From Gemmatimonadota bacterium (GTDB lineage Bacteria; Gemmatimonadota; Gemmatimonadetes; Gemmatimonadales; Gemmatimonadaceae): a stretch of DNA of 64,000 bases. Positions 1 through 9,406 of the stretch are shown here, one piece after another; within the stretch, counting starts at the first letter, position 1, and every line of letters starts with the position of its first letter. Where the stretch lies: positions 351,492 through 415,491 of the forward strand of contig JAZJZK010000007.1 of assembly GCA_040389905.1 (NCBI GenBank). The letters run 5' to 3'. The notes under the pieces are model-generated. The model ran no database searches and was not told the DNA's origin. It was given only the letters and a program-made list of their open reading frames with translations. Both the position numbers and the translations under genes were made by a program.

Positions 1-4
1 CGCG

Positions 5-1888
5 GTGATGCCGATGTTCGGTTTTTCGTGGTTGACGTTCGGCACGATCACAGTTCCAGGCTTCCTCGGCGCGAATCCTCGTGGGAGCATCAGCGGCGGA
101 ATTCGAGAATACCGAGGGTCACTCTCGACGCGCAGCATCGACGGGTATTCGCGGCAAACGGGGCTGCCGGACGCGATCCAGCAGATCGCCTGCGTGGGCT
201 CGGCGACACCGCTTCCGGCGTGGGCGTCGTACGCGCAATCATCAGGGTCGATTCCCGTGCGCTGCGCAGACGGGACCGCGGGCAGCGCTCTATCGCAAGG
301 CGCGCCGCCCGTTGCGTTATTTGCCTCCGACTATGCACTCTCGCGCTCGTGGCGGCCCGCGCTGAACGTGAACTATCAGTTGCTGCCAACCGTCAACCTG
401 ACACTCGGCACGACGTACGCGCTCAACCTCGACCAACCGGCCATCTACGACCTCAACTTGCAACGCGTGCAGAAGTTTGCTCTCGCCGACGAAGCGGGGC
501 GGCCGGTTTTCGTGTCGCCAGGGAGCATCGTGCCGACCACCGGTTCGCTGGCCTGGACCGAGTCGCGCGTCTCGTCACGCTTCGCGCATGTGGCGGAGAC
601 GCGATCGGACCTTCGTTCCGAGAACCGGCAGTTCACCGTCAGCGCGAGCTATCAGCCATTGTTTGTGCCCGCCTCGCAGACGTTCTGGTTTCTCTCGCTC
701 GCGTACGCTTATACGAGCGCGCGCGAGCAGTACTACGGGTTTACGGGAACCACCGGGGGAGATCCCACCATCCGCTCCTGGGGGTCCGGGTCGGCTCCAC
801 ATCACGTCGTCACCGTCGGATTCAACTACAGTTGGCAGCGGTTCCTGAGTGTGCGTCTGCAAGGCCGAGCACAGTCGGGAACGCCGTTTACGCCCTCCGT
901 GTCTGGCGACGTGAACGGCGATGGGTATTTCAACGATCGCGCGTTCGTGTTCGACCCGGCCGTCGCGCGTGATCCATCGGTCGCTACCGCCATGAGTCAA
1001 CTCATCGCGAACGGCACGCCGCAGGCGCGTGATTGTCTGCGACAACAACTCGGATCGATCGCCGGCCGGAACAGCTGCACTGGTCCGTGGTCCTTCCCCC
1101 TGCTCAACATGTATCTCTCGCCCGACGCGTACCGCCTTCACCTTGGCAACCGCGGGACGTTTACCGTGACGCTCACGAACCTGCTCGGCGGTGCGGACCA
1201 GTTGCTTCATGGTTCCGACCATCTGCGGGGCTGGGGACAATACGCGTTCGTCGATCCAACGCTGCTAACCGTGCGTGGCTACGACGCCGCACAGAACCGC
1301 TTCACGTACTCCGTGAACCCGCAGTTCGCCAACACCGCGGTGTATCGAAACACGTTTCGCTCTCCGTTCACCATCAGTCTGGACTTTCGTGTGGAGCTCG
1401 GGCGCGACCGCGAAACCCAGTATGTCCAGCAGGCCATGCGTCTCTCGGGCGAGGAACGCGTCGAGACGTTGACGGTCGACCAGGTGCGTCAGAAGATCGC
1501 ACCAATCGCATTCGATCCATTCCTCCAGCTCTTTCAACAGAAGGACTCCATCGGCCTGTCGGCGCGTCAGGTCGACAGCCTAAACGCGCTGCGAACGCGC
1601 TATATGACCGCGAAAGATTCGGTCAAGCATGACCTGTCGTCATTTCTCGCGGGGCGGCGTGGCGACTACGGCGGTGCGGATGTCCGGGCGAGATGGCACG
1701 GGGCAGCGATTGCCGTGTACGAAGCGCTCTTCGCGTTGATTCCGGCAATGCGTGCCGTGCTGACCGATGAACAAGTCGATCGCATCACACGGAATCCTCG
1801 GTGGAACGCCGGATTTGTCGTGCAGGAGATCCCGCGCGCGCAACTGGAGGTCTTCAAACGCTCCGCCGTGCCGCTGATTCCGTTTTAG
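5..1888 (+). CDS. C-terminal part of a large outer-membrane, TonB-dependent-receptor-like (Oar-like) protein; 5' end lies outside the window
   Basis: Alternating aromatic beta-strand segments; 'SGTPFTP..GDVNGDG..NDRAFV' motif typical of Oar-like receptors; terminal Phe; ORF runs to the window edge. Confidence 0.55.
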   Translation: MMPMFGFSWLTFGTITVPGFLGANPRGSISGGIREYRGSLSTRSIDGYSRQTGLPDAIQQIACVGSATPLPAWASYAQSSGSIPVRCADGTAGSALSQGAPPVALFASDYALSRSWRPALNVNYQLLPTVNLTLGTTYALNLDQPAIYDLNLQRVQKFALADEAGRPVFVSPGSIVPTTGSLAWTESRVSSRFAHVAETRSDLRSENRQFTVSASYQPLFVPASQTFWFLSLAYAYTSAREQYYGFTGTTGGDPTIRSWGSGSAPHHVVTVGFNYSWQRFLSVRLQGRAQSGTPFTPSVSGDVNGDGYFNDRAFVFDPAVARDPSVATAMSQLIANGTPQARDCLRQQLGSIAGRNSCTGPWSFPLLNMYLSPDAYRLHLGNRGTFTVTLTNLLGGADQLLHGSDHLRGWGQYAFVDPTLLTVRGYDAAQNRFTYSVNPQFANTAVYRNTFRSPFTISLDFRVELGRDRETQYVQQAMRLSGEERVETLTVDQVRQKIAPIAFDPFLQLFQQKDSIGLSARQVDSLNALRTRYMTAKDSVKHDLSSFLAGRRGDYGGADVRARWHGAAIAVYEALFALIPAMRAVLTDEQVDRITRNPRWNAGFVVQEIPRAQLEVFKRSAVPLIPF

Positions 1889-1971
1889 CGAATTGCGCAA
1901 TGTGAGGGAAACCGGTGGGACGGGGCCATCTACAGTGCGATGGCAACGGTTCACTCCCTCCCAAGGTGCTC

Positions 1972-2649
1972 ATGCGAAGGCCCATGTACTATGTCGCGCT
2001 CGCGGCGCTGCTCGCGCGACCGTCTGCTCCGATCGCCGCGCAAGTGATCGATCAGGCCAATCTGCCACATGGAGGTACGTTCTTCTTCTCGACGGACTGG
2101 AACGGGCAGACCTTCAAGCCACTTGCAGGCACATCCGCTGGTGCGGGCTTCCTGCTCGACAACGTGGCACTCTCACCGGTGAGCGGGAACCTGAAGATCG
2201 AGCTCTGGTCAGCCGTCCCGACCGCAGTCGGTTCCATCAAGATGGCGTCTGGCGAAACGAGTTTCACCCTCGGAGCGGACGCCGAGTCCTACGTCGATGT
2301 GTTCTGGGACGCGATCGGGGTAACGCCGAATACGACGTACTTCCTGGCCATGAAGGCCTTTGGCCCGTCCATGACGCTCCATGCCATCGCCACGTCGACC
2401 GGCAGTTACTCACGGGGCGGTATCTATTACTCCTTCGCGTCCGCACCGACGAGCCAGGGTGTCGGCTGGACAAATTACTCGACGAGCGTGTACGACTACA
2501 ATTTCGTGGAATACTCGAGCGGACCGCCCGACCCCGACCCGGAACCGGAACCATCCCCTTCTCCAGAGCCGGCGAGCCTCATCCTGCTGGCCACCGGACT
2601 GGGCGCTGTGGCTCTTGCGAACGCTCGGCGCGTCCGGCGCAAAAGGTAA
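1972..2649 (+). CDS. PEP-CTERM sorting-domain surface protein
   Basis: Signal peptide MRRPMYYVALAALLA...AAQ; Pro-rich linker; C-terminal PEPASLILLATGLGAVALA followed by basic tail RRVRRKR. Confidence 0.9.
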   Translation: MRRPMYYVALAALLARPSAPIAAQVIDQANLPHGGTFFFSTDWNGQTFKPLAGTSAGAGFLLDNVALSPVSGNLKIELWSAVPTAVGSIKMASGETSFTLGADAESYVDVFWDAIGVTPNTTYFLAMKAFGPSMTLHAIATSTGSYSRGGIYYSFASAPTSQGVGWTNYSTSVYDYNFVEYSSGPPDPDPEPEPSPSPEPASLILLATGLGAVALANARRVRRKR

Positions 2650-2671
2650 GCGTCATAATTACGTTTCTCGG

Positions 2672-4159
2672 ATGACCAAGACCTTCCAGAACTTCATCGC
2701 GGGACAGTGGAGCGCACCCGAGTCCGGCGCGTATTTCGAGAATCGGAACCCGGCGGACACGCGCGACCTGATCGGCAGCTTTCCACTGTCGAACGCGCTG
2801 GACGTGGACGCCGCCGTAAAGTCGGCGAAGCGGGGCTTTGCACTCTGGCGCGCGACGCCGGCGCCAGCACGCGGTGATGTCCTTCGTCGTGTCGGCGATC
2901 TGCTCGTCCAGCGCAAGGAAGAGATCGCCGACCTGATGACGCGCGAGATGGGCAAGCCACTCACGGAAACGCGTGGCGATGTGCAGGAAGGAATCGACAC
3001 CGCCTACTACGCGGCGACGATGGGGCGGCAGCTCTCGGGACGTACCGTGCCGAGCGAGCTCGCCAACAAATGGGCGATGAGCTTCCGCCGGCCGATCGGC
3101 GTTGCCGGCATCATCGCCCCATTCAACTTTCCCCTGGCGATTCCGACGTGGAAGATGTTTCCCGCGCTGGTCTGCGGGAATGCGTGCGTCTTCAAGCCGA
3201 GCGAGGACGTGCCGCACACGGGGCACGTGCTCGTGGAGATCATGCTCGCGGCCGGGCTACCCCCCGAAGTGATCCAGCTCGTTCACGGATTGGGCGCAGA
3301 CGTCGGCGCGCCGATCGTGGAGCATCCAGATGTCGCCGTGGTCTCATTTACGGGATCGACGCAGACCGGCAGCATCGTCGGCGAGACCTGTGGACGCATG
3401 CACAAGCGGCTGTCGCTCGAAATGGGCGGCAAGAACGCGATGATCGTGCTCGACGACGCCGATCTCGACCTGGCGCTCGACGGTGTGGTGTGGGGCGCGT
3501 TCGGCACGACCGGACAGCGGTGCACGGCGACGAGCCGGCTGATTCTCCAGAAGGGCATTCACGATCAGTTCCTCGGGAAGTTGATCGATCGCGCCCGCGG
3601 AATGACCCTTGGCGACGGCCGCAAGAAGGGAACGGACGTCGGTCCGCTCATTCACGAGCGGTCGCGCAAGAAGGTCGAGCGCTACATCGACATCGGCCAG
3701 AGCGATGGCGCGGATCTCATGTGCGGCGGGAGAATCCCGGACGCGAAGAAGCTCGAGCACGGATGGTTTTTCGAGCCGACGATCTTTGCGCGCGTCGAGC
3801 AGGGAATGCGCATCGAGCAGGAGGAGATCTTCGGTCCGGTGTTGAGCGTCATCCGGGTGACGGACGCCAACGAGGCGTTCGAGGTCAACAACGGCGTGAA
3901 GTACGGGCTCTCGTCATCGCTGTACACGCGAGACGTCAACCTCGCCTTCCGCGCTCTCAATGAGCTCGACAACGGGATCACGTACATCAATGCGCCGACG
4001 ATCGGGGCCGAGGCACATCTTCCCTTTGGCGGAGTAAAACAGACAGGGAATGGGCACCGTGAGGGCGGCTGGGAAGTGTACGAGTTCTATTCGGAGACCA
4101 AGGTGGGGTACTGCGATTTCTCGGGTGCGTTGCAGCGGGCGCAGATCGACAACTACTGA
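2672..4159 (+). CDS. Aldehyde dehydrogenase family protein
   Basis: PFNFP, FTGST, LEMGGKN, GQRCTA (catalytic Cys), EEIFGP motifs; start taken at MTKTFQNFI. Confidence 0.95.
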   Translation: MTKTFQNFIAGQWSAPESGAYFENRNPADTRDLIGSFPLSNALDVDAAVKSAKRGFALWRATPAPARGDVLRRVGDLLVQRKEEIADLMTREMGKPLTETRGDVQEGIDTAYYAATMGRQLSGRTVPSELANKWAMSFRRPIGVAGIIAPFNFPLAIPTWKMFPALVCGNACVFKPSEDVPHTGHVLVEIMLAAGLPPEVIQLVHGLGADVGAPIVEHPDVAVVSFTGSTQTGSIVGETCGRMHKRLSLEMGGKNAMIVLDDADLDLALDGVVWGAFGTTGQRCTATSRLILQKGIHDQFLGKLIDRARGMTLGDGRKKGTDVGPLIHERSRKKVERYIDIGQSDGADLMCGGRIPDAKKLEHGWFFEPTIFARVEQGMRIEQEEIFGPVLSVIRVTDANEAFEVNNGVKYGLSSSLYTRDVNLAFRALNELDNGITYINAPTIGAEAHLPFGGVKQTGNGHREGGWEVYEFYSETKVGYCDFSGALQRAQIDNY

Positions 4160-4224
4160 CAGCCGTCAGGCTCTCTTGCTGTGTCCATTCCGAAACTGGC
4201 TGTGCTGACGCGCATCGCCATGCC

Positions 4225-4314
4225 TGTCATCCCGAGCGAAGTCGAGGGACCTGCACTTGCCGCGTATGTACGAGCTGCAGACCCCTCGACGCGCTTCGCT
4301 CGCACGGGGTGACA
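4225..4314. repeat. REP-like inverted doublet (TGTC-tagged family)
   Basis: TGTCATCCCGAGCGAAGTCGAGGGACCTGCAC ... TGCAGACCCCTCGACGCGCTTCGCTCGCACGGGGTGACA; related copies elsewhere in the window. Confidence 0.9.
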
Positions 4315-4387
4315 CGCCCGAAGTTGCGCGTTCTGGGCGGACACTGGCTTGCTCCCCCCCAGTGCCCCGAGTTAATTGCAGGTGGCC

Positions 4388-5164
4388 ATGTCTGAAGCAT
4401 CCGATTCGCTCACACCCCCTCGCGCCATTACGCCAGAGCGAAAGCTCGAGGCGCTCCAGCACGTCAATCGGCGTCGCGACAGCTTCAGCTTTATCTGGGA
4501 GTGGGCCAAGATCATCACCGTGTCGGTCACACTCTTCCTGGTGATCAAGACGTTCTTGATGGAGGCGTTCAAGATCCCCAGCGGAAGCATGGAAGGCACG
4601 CTGCTCGTCGGCGATTTCCTGCTCGTCAACAAGGTCGTGTATGGCGCGGAGGTCCCCCTCACGGGTAAGAGGCTCCCCGCCTTCCGCACGCCGCATCGCG
4701 GCGATGTGATCGTCTTCGAGTGGCCGAAGGACCGCACCAAGAATTTCGTCAAGCGTCTCGTCGGCCTCCCGGGCGACACGCTGGCGATGCGCGATGCCGT
4801 ACTGATTCGCAATGGCGTCGCCATGGCGGAGCCGTACGTCTCGCACACCGATCCCGAAGCCGATCCCGTTTGGGAGGAATTCCGCTGGCAAAGCGATTTT
4901 CTCGTCAAGACGGCGAGCGCGGCTATTGGCTATCATCCATCTCGTAACAATTGGGGACCCTTGGTCGTCCCTAGCAAGCAATACTTCGTTCTCGGCGACA
5001 ACCGCGACAACTCCCTCGACAGCCGGTACTGGGGCTTCGTCCCCGACTCGCTGCTTCGCGGCCGACCCGAGGTCGTGTACTTCAGTTTCTCCCCTGATTC
5101 GTCCAACGATTTTGCCTGGCTGACCCACGTTCGATGGGCACGGCTAGGTGAGCGCGTGCACTGA
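4388..5164 (+). CDS. lepB: Signal peptidase I
   Basis: IPSGSMEGTL (catalytic Ser), FVKRLVGLPGD (catalytic Lys), GDNRDNSLDSRYWG. Confidence 0.95.
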   Translation: MSEASDSLTPPRAITPERKLEALQHVNRRRDSFSFIWEWAKIITVSVTLFLVIKTFLMEAFKIPSGSMEGTLLVGDFLLVNKVVYGAEVPLTGKRLPAFRTPHRGDVIVFEWPKDRTKNFVKRLVGLPGDTLAMRDAVLIRNGVAMAEPYVSHTDPEADPVWEEFRWQSDFLVKTASAAIGYHPSRNNWGPLVVPSKQYFVLGDNRDNSLDSRYWGFVPDSLLRGRPEVVYFSFSPDSSNDFAWLTHVRWARLGERVH

Positions 5165-5183
5165 TTTCCCCGGGATCCCCTGC

Positions 5184-6044
5184 ATGGCCACCACTCCGAA
5201 CAGCAAGAAGTCGTCGTTCGAAGAGGGATCGCTCGACCAATATCTGCGGGACATCAGCATCTACCCGCTCATCACGCGGGAAGACGAGGTGTCGCTCGCG
5301 CAGAAAATACGCGTCGGCGACCAGGAAGCACTCGACAAGCTGGTGCGCTCCAATCTGCGATTCGTCGTCAGCGTTGCGAAGAAATACCAGAATCAGGGCG
5401 TCTCGCTCTCCGACCTGATCAACGAGGGCAACCTCGGCCTTATCCGGGCGGCACACAAGTTCGACGAGACGAAGGGGATCAAGTTCATCTCGTATGCGGT
5501 GTGGTGGATCCGTCAGGCGATCCTCCAGGCACTCGCAGAGCAGAGCCGCATCGTCCGCGTCCCGCTCAATCGCGCGGGCACGCTGCACCGCATCGGAAAG
5601 CGCGCGAGCTTCCTCCTCCAGGAGCTTGGCCGCGAGGCCACGCACGCCGAAATCGCCGAGGGGATGGACATCACGGAAGAGGAAGTCGCGAAGACGATGT
5701 CGATCTCGCAGACGCACCTCTCGCTCGATGCCCCGATGACCCCGGGCGAGGACAACCGGCTCCTCGATTATCTCCCGGACAATCTCAACCCGACGCCGGA
5801 CGAGCTCACCTTCGAGAAGGCACTCACGGAGTCTATCGAGGAAGCGCTCGCGCATCTCAAGGAACGCGAGTCGAAGATTCTTCGCCTGTATTTCGGGCTG
5901 GATGGTGAAGAGCCGATGACACTCGAACAGATCGGGTCGCTCCTCGGGATCACCCGTGAGCGAGTGCGTCAGATCAAGGAGAAGGCGCTGTCGCGGTTGC
6001 GCCACGTCTCCCGCGCGCGCGCGCTGGAATCGTATCTCGGTTAG
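5184..6044 (+). CDS. RNA polymerase sigma70 factor, RpoD/SigA family, lacking region 1.1
   Basis: NLRFVVSVAKKY, DLINEGNLGL, KFISYAVWWIRQAI, TLEQIG...TRERVRQI. Confidence 0.95.
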   Translation: MATTPNSKKSSFEEGSLDQYLRDISIYPLITREDEVSLAQKIRVGDQEALDKLVRSNLRFVVSVAKKYQNQGVSLSDLINEGNLGLIRAAHKFDETKGIKFISYAVWWIRQAILQALAEQSRIVRVPLNRAGTLHRIGKRASFLLQELGREATHAEIAEGMDITEEEVAKTMSISQTHLSLDAPMTPGEDNRLLDYLPDNLNPTPDELTFEKALTESIEEALAHLKERESKILRLYFGLDGEEPMTLEQIGSLLGITRERVRQIKEKALSRLRHVSRARALESYLG

Positions 6045-6736
6045 CGCTCGAGCATGTAGCCTGACCCACGGTGCGTCATGACATGCCGCGGGTTCGCGGG
6101 ATCTGCCTCGAGGTGCCGGCGGAGCTCGCGGATATGCGTATCGACCGTCCGGGAAACGACGCTCGGTTCGTAGCCCCAGACTTCGAGTAGGAGCCGGCGG
6201 CGCGACACGATGCGACCCGCGTGGCGAATGAGCGCAACGAGAAGGTCGAATTCCTTGGGCCGCAAGACGACGGGCTCACCGCGGCGGAGAACGACCCGCG
6301 TTTCCACCGTAACCTCGATCTCGCCGAACGTGTGTTTCGTGAGTGGCGTCTGGCCATCCGCCGGCGCCTCGCGTGCTCGGCGGCGCAGCAGGGCATCGAC
6401 CCGCGCGAGGATCTCCATGAGACCAAACGGCTTCGTCACGTAGTCATCTGCGCCCAGCCGGAAGCCCGGCACCTTCTCGACTTCGCTCGTGCGAGCGGAC
6501 AGAATGAGCACCGGCGTCTGGTTTCCGTCCTCACGCATCGTGCGAAGGAGATCGAGCCCGTCGATTTTCGGCAGCATGAGATCGAGGATGACCACGCTGG
6601 GGCTCCACGAGCGCCACTGAAATAGCCCAGCCTCACCGTCCTGGGCGACGGACACCTCGTGCCCCTCGAGCTCGAGGTTGGCACGCAGCGCCTGGGCGAT
6701 TCCGGCCGTGTCCTCGATCACGAGAACGCGCGTCAT
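6041..6736 (-). CDS. OmpR/PhoB-family response regulator
   Basis: Receiver domain (ED, LDLMLP, GADDYVTKPF) plus winged helix (SRTVDTHI). Confidence 0.95.
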   Translation of the reverse strand: MTRVLVIEDTAGIAQALRANLELEGHEVSVAQDGEAGLFQWRSWSPSVVILDLMLPKIDGLDLLRTMREDGNQTPVLILSARTSEVEKVPGFRLGADDYVTKPFGLMEILARVDALLRRRAREAPADGQTPLTKHTFGEIEVTVETRVVLRRGEPVVLRPKEFDLLVALIRHAGRIVSRRRLLLEVWGYEPSVVSRTVDTHIRELRRHLEADPANPRHVMTHRGSGYMLER

Positions 6737-8532
6737 GTAGCGCGCTCCACGTCGTCGAGCGCCTCGACGGCCGGAAAGCGCAGCCGCACGCGAAGGCCGC
6801 CAAGCGGCGAGCGTTCAAGCAGCACCTCGCCTTCCATCATCACCGTCAGCTCGTTCACAACGGCCAGGCCGATGCCGGAGCCGGTTGGGTGCAGCTGCTC
6901 GGATGCGGCCACACGTTCGAACGGACGCAATACACGAGCGTGGTCCGCGGGGGAAATTCCTGGCCCCGCGTCATCGACGACGACATCGACCGTCGCACCA
7001 TGCGGTTCCACGGCGATGACAATCGCGCCGCCGGGGGCGTAGTGGAGCGCATTGTCGACGAGGTTGGTCAGGGCCAGGCGGAGTCCGTCCGCATCGACGC
7101 GTGCTGTCGCTGGCATCTCGGCGCGTACCTGTACGGACGAAGCAGTGGCATCGATGATGGCCTGAAGGTCATCGACGAGTTCCGTGACGAACAGGTCCAG
7201 GCGAACGGCACGTGGCGATACGCGCAGTAGTCGCCGGTCCGCTCGCGAGAAGTGCAGCACGTTCTCGATGAGATACACCATGCGCTTCGACTCTCGCACG
7301 ATCGCGCCGAGAATCGCGCCTCGTTCCGCGTCGCTGCGGGCACGCCGAAGCTCCAGGGTTTCGGCATTGAGCAGGATCTGTGTCAGCGGTGTGCGCAGCT
7401 CATGCGTCACCGAAGCGGCGAACTCGGAGCGCTGTCGCACGAGCAATTGCGCCCGGTGCAGCGCCAGAGCGACCGCACACAGAAGAAGCATCGCCAGGAA
7501 TGGGAGAGCGAGGTCGACCGACGCTGCGCGCGCCGGGACGGCCCCGCGAAGTATTCCTCTTGCGGCGTCGGGACTCAGCTCGACGAGCACGCGCAGGCCG
7601 TCTGCTCCGCCAATACGAGTACTCGCCTGGTAGCCGGTGCGATATGCGGATGGGCTTCGATAGAGCTCTGCCCCCGCCGTTGTCGTCACCGTGAGCTCCG
7701 CGAGTTCCCGATTGAGATTGACCCCCACAAGGTTCTTCGGAAGCATCAATGCCTCTCCGCCACCGAAGGCACTCTTCAACAATCCGTCGCGCAACGAGGC
7801 GAGATCGGCTTCGATCGCGAGGAAGCCACGCTCGCCCTTGGCGCCGTGAATTGGCGTGATGACGAACGCCCAGTTCTGCCTGCCGTCGCTGCCCGTCACG
7901 ATGGCAATGTCATCGTCCGACACGGGATACATCGCCGCACGCCGCAGCGCGCTCAATCGAGGCGCGGCTGCTTCGGGCGATGCGCCGGGCGCCGGCTCAT
8001 AGCGCACGCTCAGCGAATCCTTCCAGCGCCCCAGGCCCACGCCCAGCGTGGCGATTGTCGGGCCACAGTTGCACCGCGAGAGCGAGTCGCTGAGATGCGC
8101 CACGCGCGCGCGTGGAATCGTTCCGTTCTCGAGCGCGACGGGGCCGAGCGCGGTCGTGAGATTGTGTGCGGCGTTCGCGAACATCGAATGCGCGCGGAAG
8201 GCGTAGCTCCACCCGGCCAGTTCAGCGAAATCGGACAGCGCGCGCGTTGCCATGACGCGGTTCGCGCGCCGCGCGCGCACGGTGCTCATCATCGAGCCGA
8301 GTACAAGCATGATGGTCGCGCCGAGCAATACGATCGGCCCCATATCCTGTCGCGTGATCTTGCTCGAGAAGAATCGACGCAGTCCGGTCATTGGCGCAAA
8401 GTATCTGGAGATGGCGGTCAGGGCGGTGTCACCGGCCACTGTCAGTGGGTTTTGACCGTCCCCTGACGCCACTACGTGGGGTTCCTCATCGTCCTCTGAC
8501 ATTGCGACGCCGCGGTTGAGTCTAGTCTCCAT
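6733..8532 (-). CDS. Membrane sensor histidine kinase (true start may be ATG at 8391)
   Basis: Two hydrophobic segments; THELRTPL H-box; NLVDNA, DAGPGI and GSGIGL boxes; overlaps the regulator start. Confidence 0.92.
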   Translation of the reverse strand: METRLNRGVAMSEDDEEPHVVASGDGQNPLTVAGDTALTAISRYFAPMTGLRRFFSSKITRQDMGPIVLLGATIMLVLGSMMSTVRARRANRVMATRALSDFAELAGWSYAFRAHSMFANAAHNLTTALGPVALENGTIPRARVAHLSDSLSRCNCGPTIATLGVGLGRWKDSLSVRYEPAPGASPEAAAPRLSALRRAAMYPVSDDDIAIVTGSDGRQNWAFVITPIHGAKGERGFLAIEADLASLRDGLLKSAFGGGEALMLPKNLVGVNLNRELAELTVTTTAGAELYRSPSAYRTGYQASTRIGGADGLRVLVELSPDAARGILRGAVPARAASVDLALPFLAMLLLCAVALALHRAQLLVRQRSEFAASVTHELRTPLTQILLNAETLELRRARSDAERGAILGAIVRESKRMVYLIENVLHFSRADRRLLRVSPRAVRLDLFVTELVDDLQAIIDATASSVQVRAEMPATARVDADGLRLALTNLVDNALHYAPGGAIVIAVEPHGATVDVVVDDAGPGISPADHARVLRPFERVAASEQLHPTGSGIGLAVVNELTVMMEGEVLLERSPLGGLRVRLRFPAVEALDDVERAT

Positions 8533-8557
8533 CCTGAAAACAGCCTCATTCAGGATT

Positions 8558-8671
8558 TGTCACCCCGAGCGAGCGATGCGAGTCGAGGGGTCGGCACCCT
8601 TGTCCTGAGCGCAGAGAAGGATCTGTACCTCGTGAACAAGTGCAGATCCCTCGACCTCGCTCGGGATGACA
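8558..8671. repeat. REP-like inverted doublet with a degenerate internal unit
   Basis: TGTCACCCCGAGCGAGCGATGCGAGTCGAGGGGTC ... TGCAGATCCCTCGACCTCGCTCGGGATGACA. Confidence 0.9.
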
Positions 8672-8712
8672 TCCGAGGCCATGCGCTCGAGGAATGCCAA
8701 CCGGAGTACAAA

Positions 8713-9162
8713 ATGCTCATCAGAAACCTGATCGTCGTCGTTTCGTTGCTGGCCTGTTCGAGCGCGTCGGTAGGAGGTCCTGCGCCGACGGAGCTGAGCG
8801 TGGGCGGATCGTATCCAACCGTGGTCTCTCTCGTGGTCGACAGCTGCGGCGGAAGCATCGTACAGTCCATGCCAACCGACGTCGTGCATACCATAGGCGC
8901 GGCATCCCTGAGTCTGACGCATGCAGGAAGTCGCTATGACGGAACGGTGAGCCGGAACGGATCCTTTCAAACGACGCCAAGTCCTCTGTCCGCGAATGGC
9001 TTCTCCTACATGGTCTCGGTGGCCGGGCGCTTCACGACGACCGGCTTCGATGCAACCGCGACGGTGGATCGAACCACGCCGAGCACCGGTGTTCGCTGTA
9101 GATACGTCGCGCATTGGATCGGGACGAAATCGTCGGGGACGAATGTGATTCCAAGTCCATAG
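8713..9162 (+). CDS. Hypothetical lipoprotein
   Basis: GGAG before ATG; lipobox LLAC after hydrophobic stretch; the longer ORF start (8557) lies within a repeat. Confidence 0.7.
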   Translation: MLIRNLIVVVSLLACSSASVGGPAPTELSVGGSYPTVVSLVVDSCGGSIVQSMPTDVVHTIGAASLSLTHAGSRYDGTVSRNGSFQTTPSPLSANGFSYMVSVAGRFTTTGFDATATVDRTTPSTGVRCRYVAHWIGTKSSGTNVIPSP

Positions 9163-9203
9163 CGTTTTGCACTACGTATGACGCAAAGCGGAGAAAAGCA
9201 GAT

Positions 9204-9298
9204 GGTGCAGGCCCTTCGCTCCGCTCAGGGCGACAAACGAGCGGAAATGTCGCCAACGGTGTCACCCCGAGCGAGCGACGCGAGTCGAGGGGTCTGCA
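9204..9298. repeat. Two REP-like units back to back
   Basis: GGTGCAGGCCCTTCGCTCCGCTCAGGGCGACAAACGAGCG then TGTCACCCCGAGCGAGCGACGCGAGTCGAGGGGTCTGCA. Confidence 0.9.
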
Positions 9299-9406
9299 AG
9301 TGCCGTTACGTCGTTCGTTCTCTGCGTACCTCTGCTCCTCGGCGCCCCCTGCGGTAAATCACACTTGTGCCGAATTCGAGATGAAAAAACCTGCGGAGAA
9401 TCGACC

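Noticed and set aside
8557..8712. N-terminal extension of the 8557-9162 ORF
   Set aside because: It is translated repeat sequence; an SD, ATG and lipoprotein signal begin at 8713.
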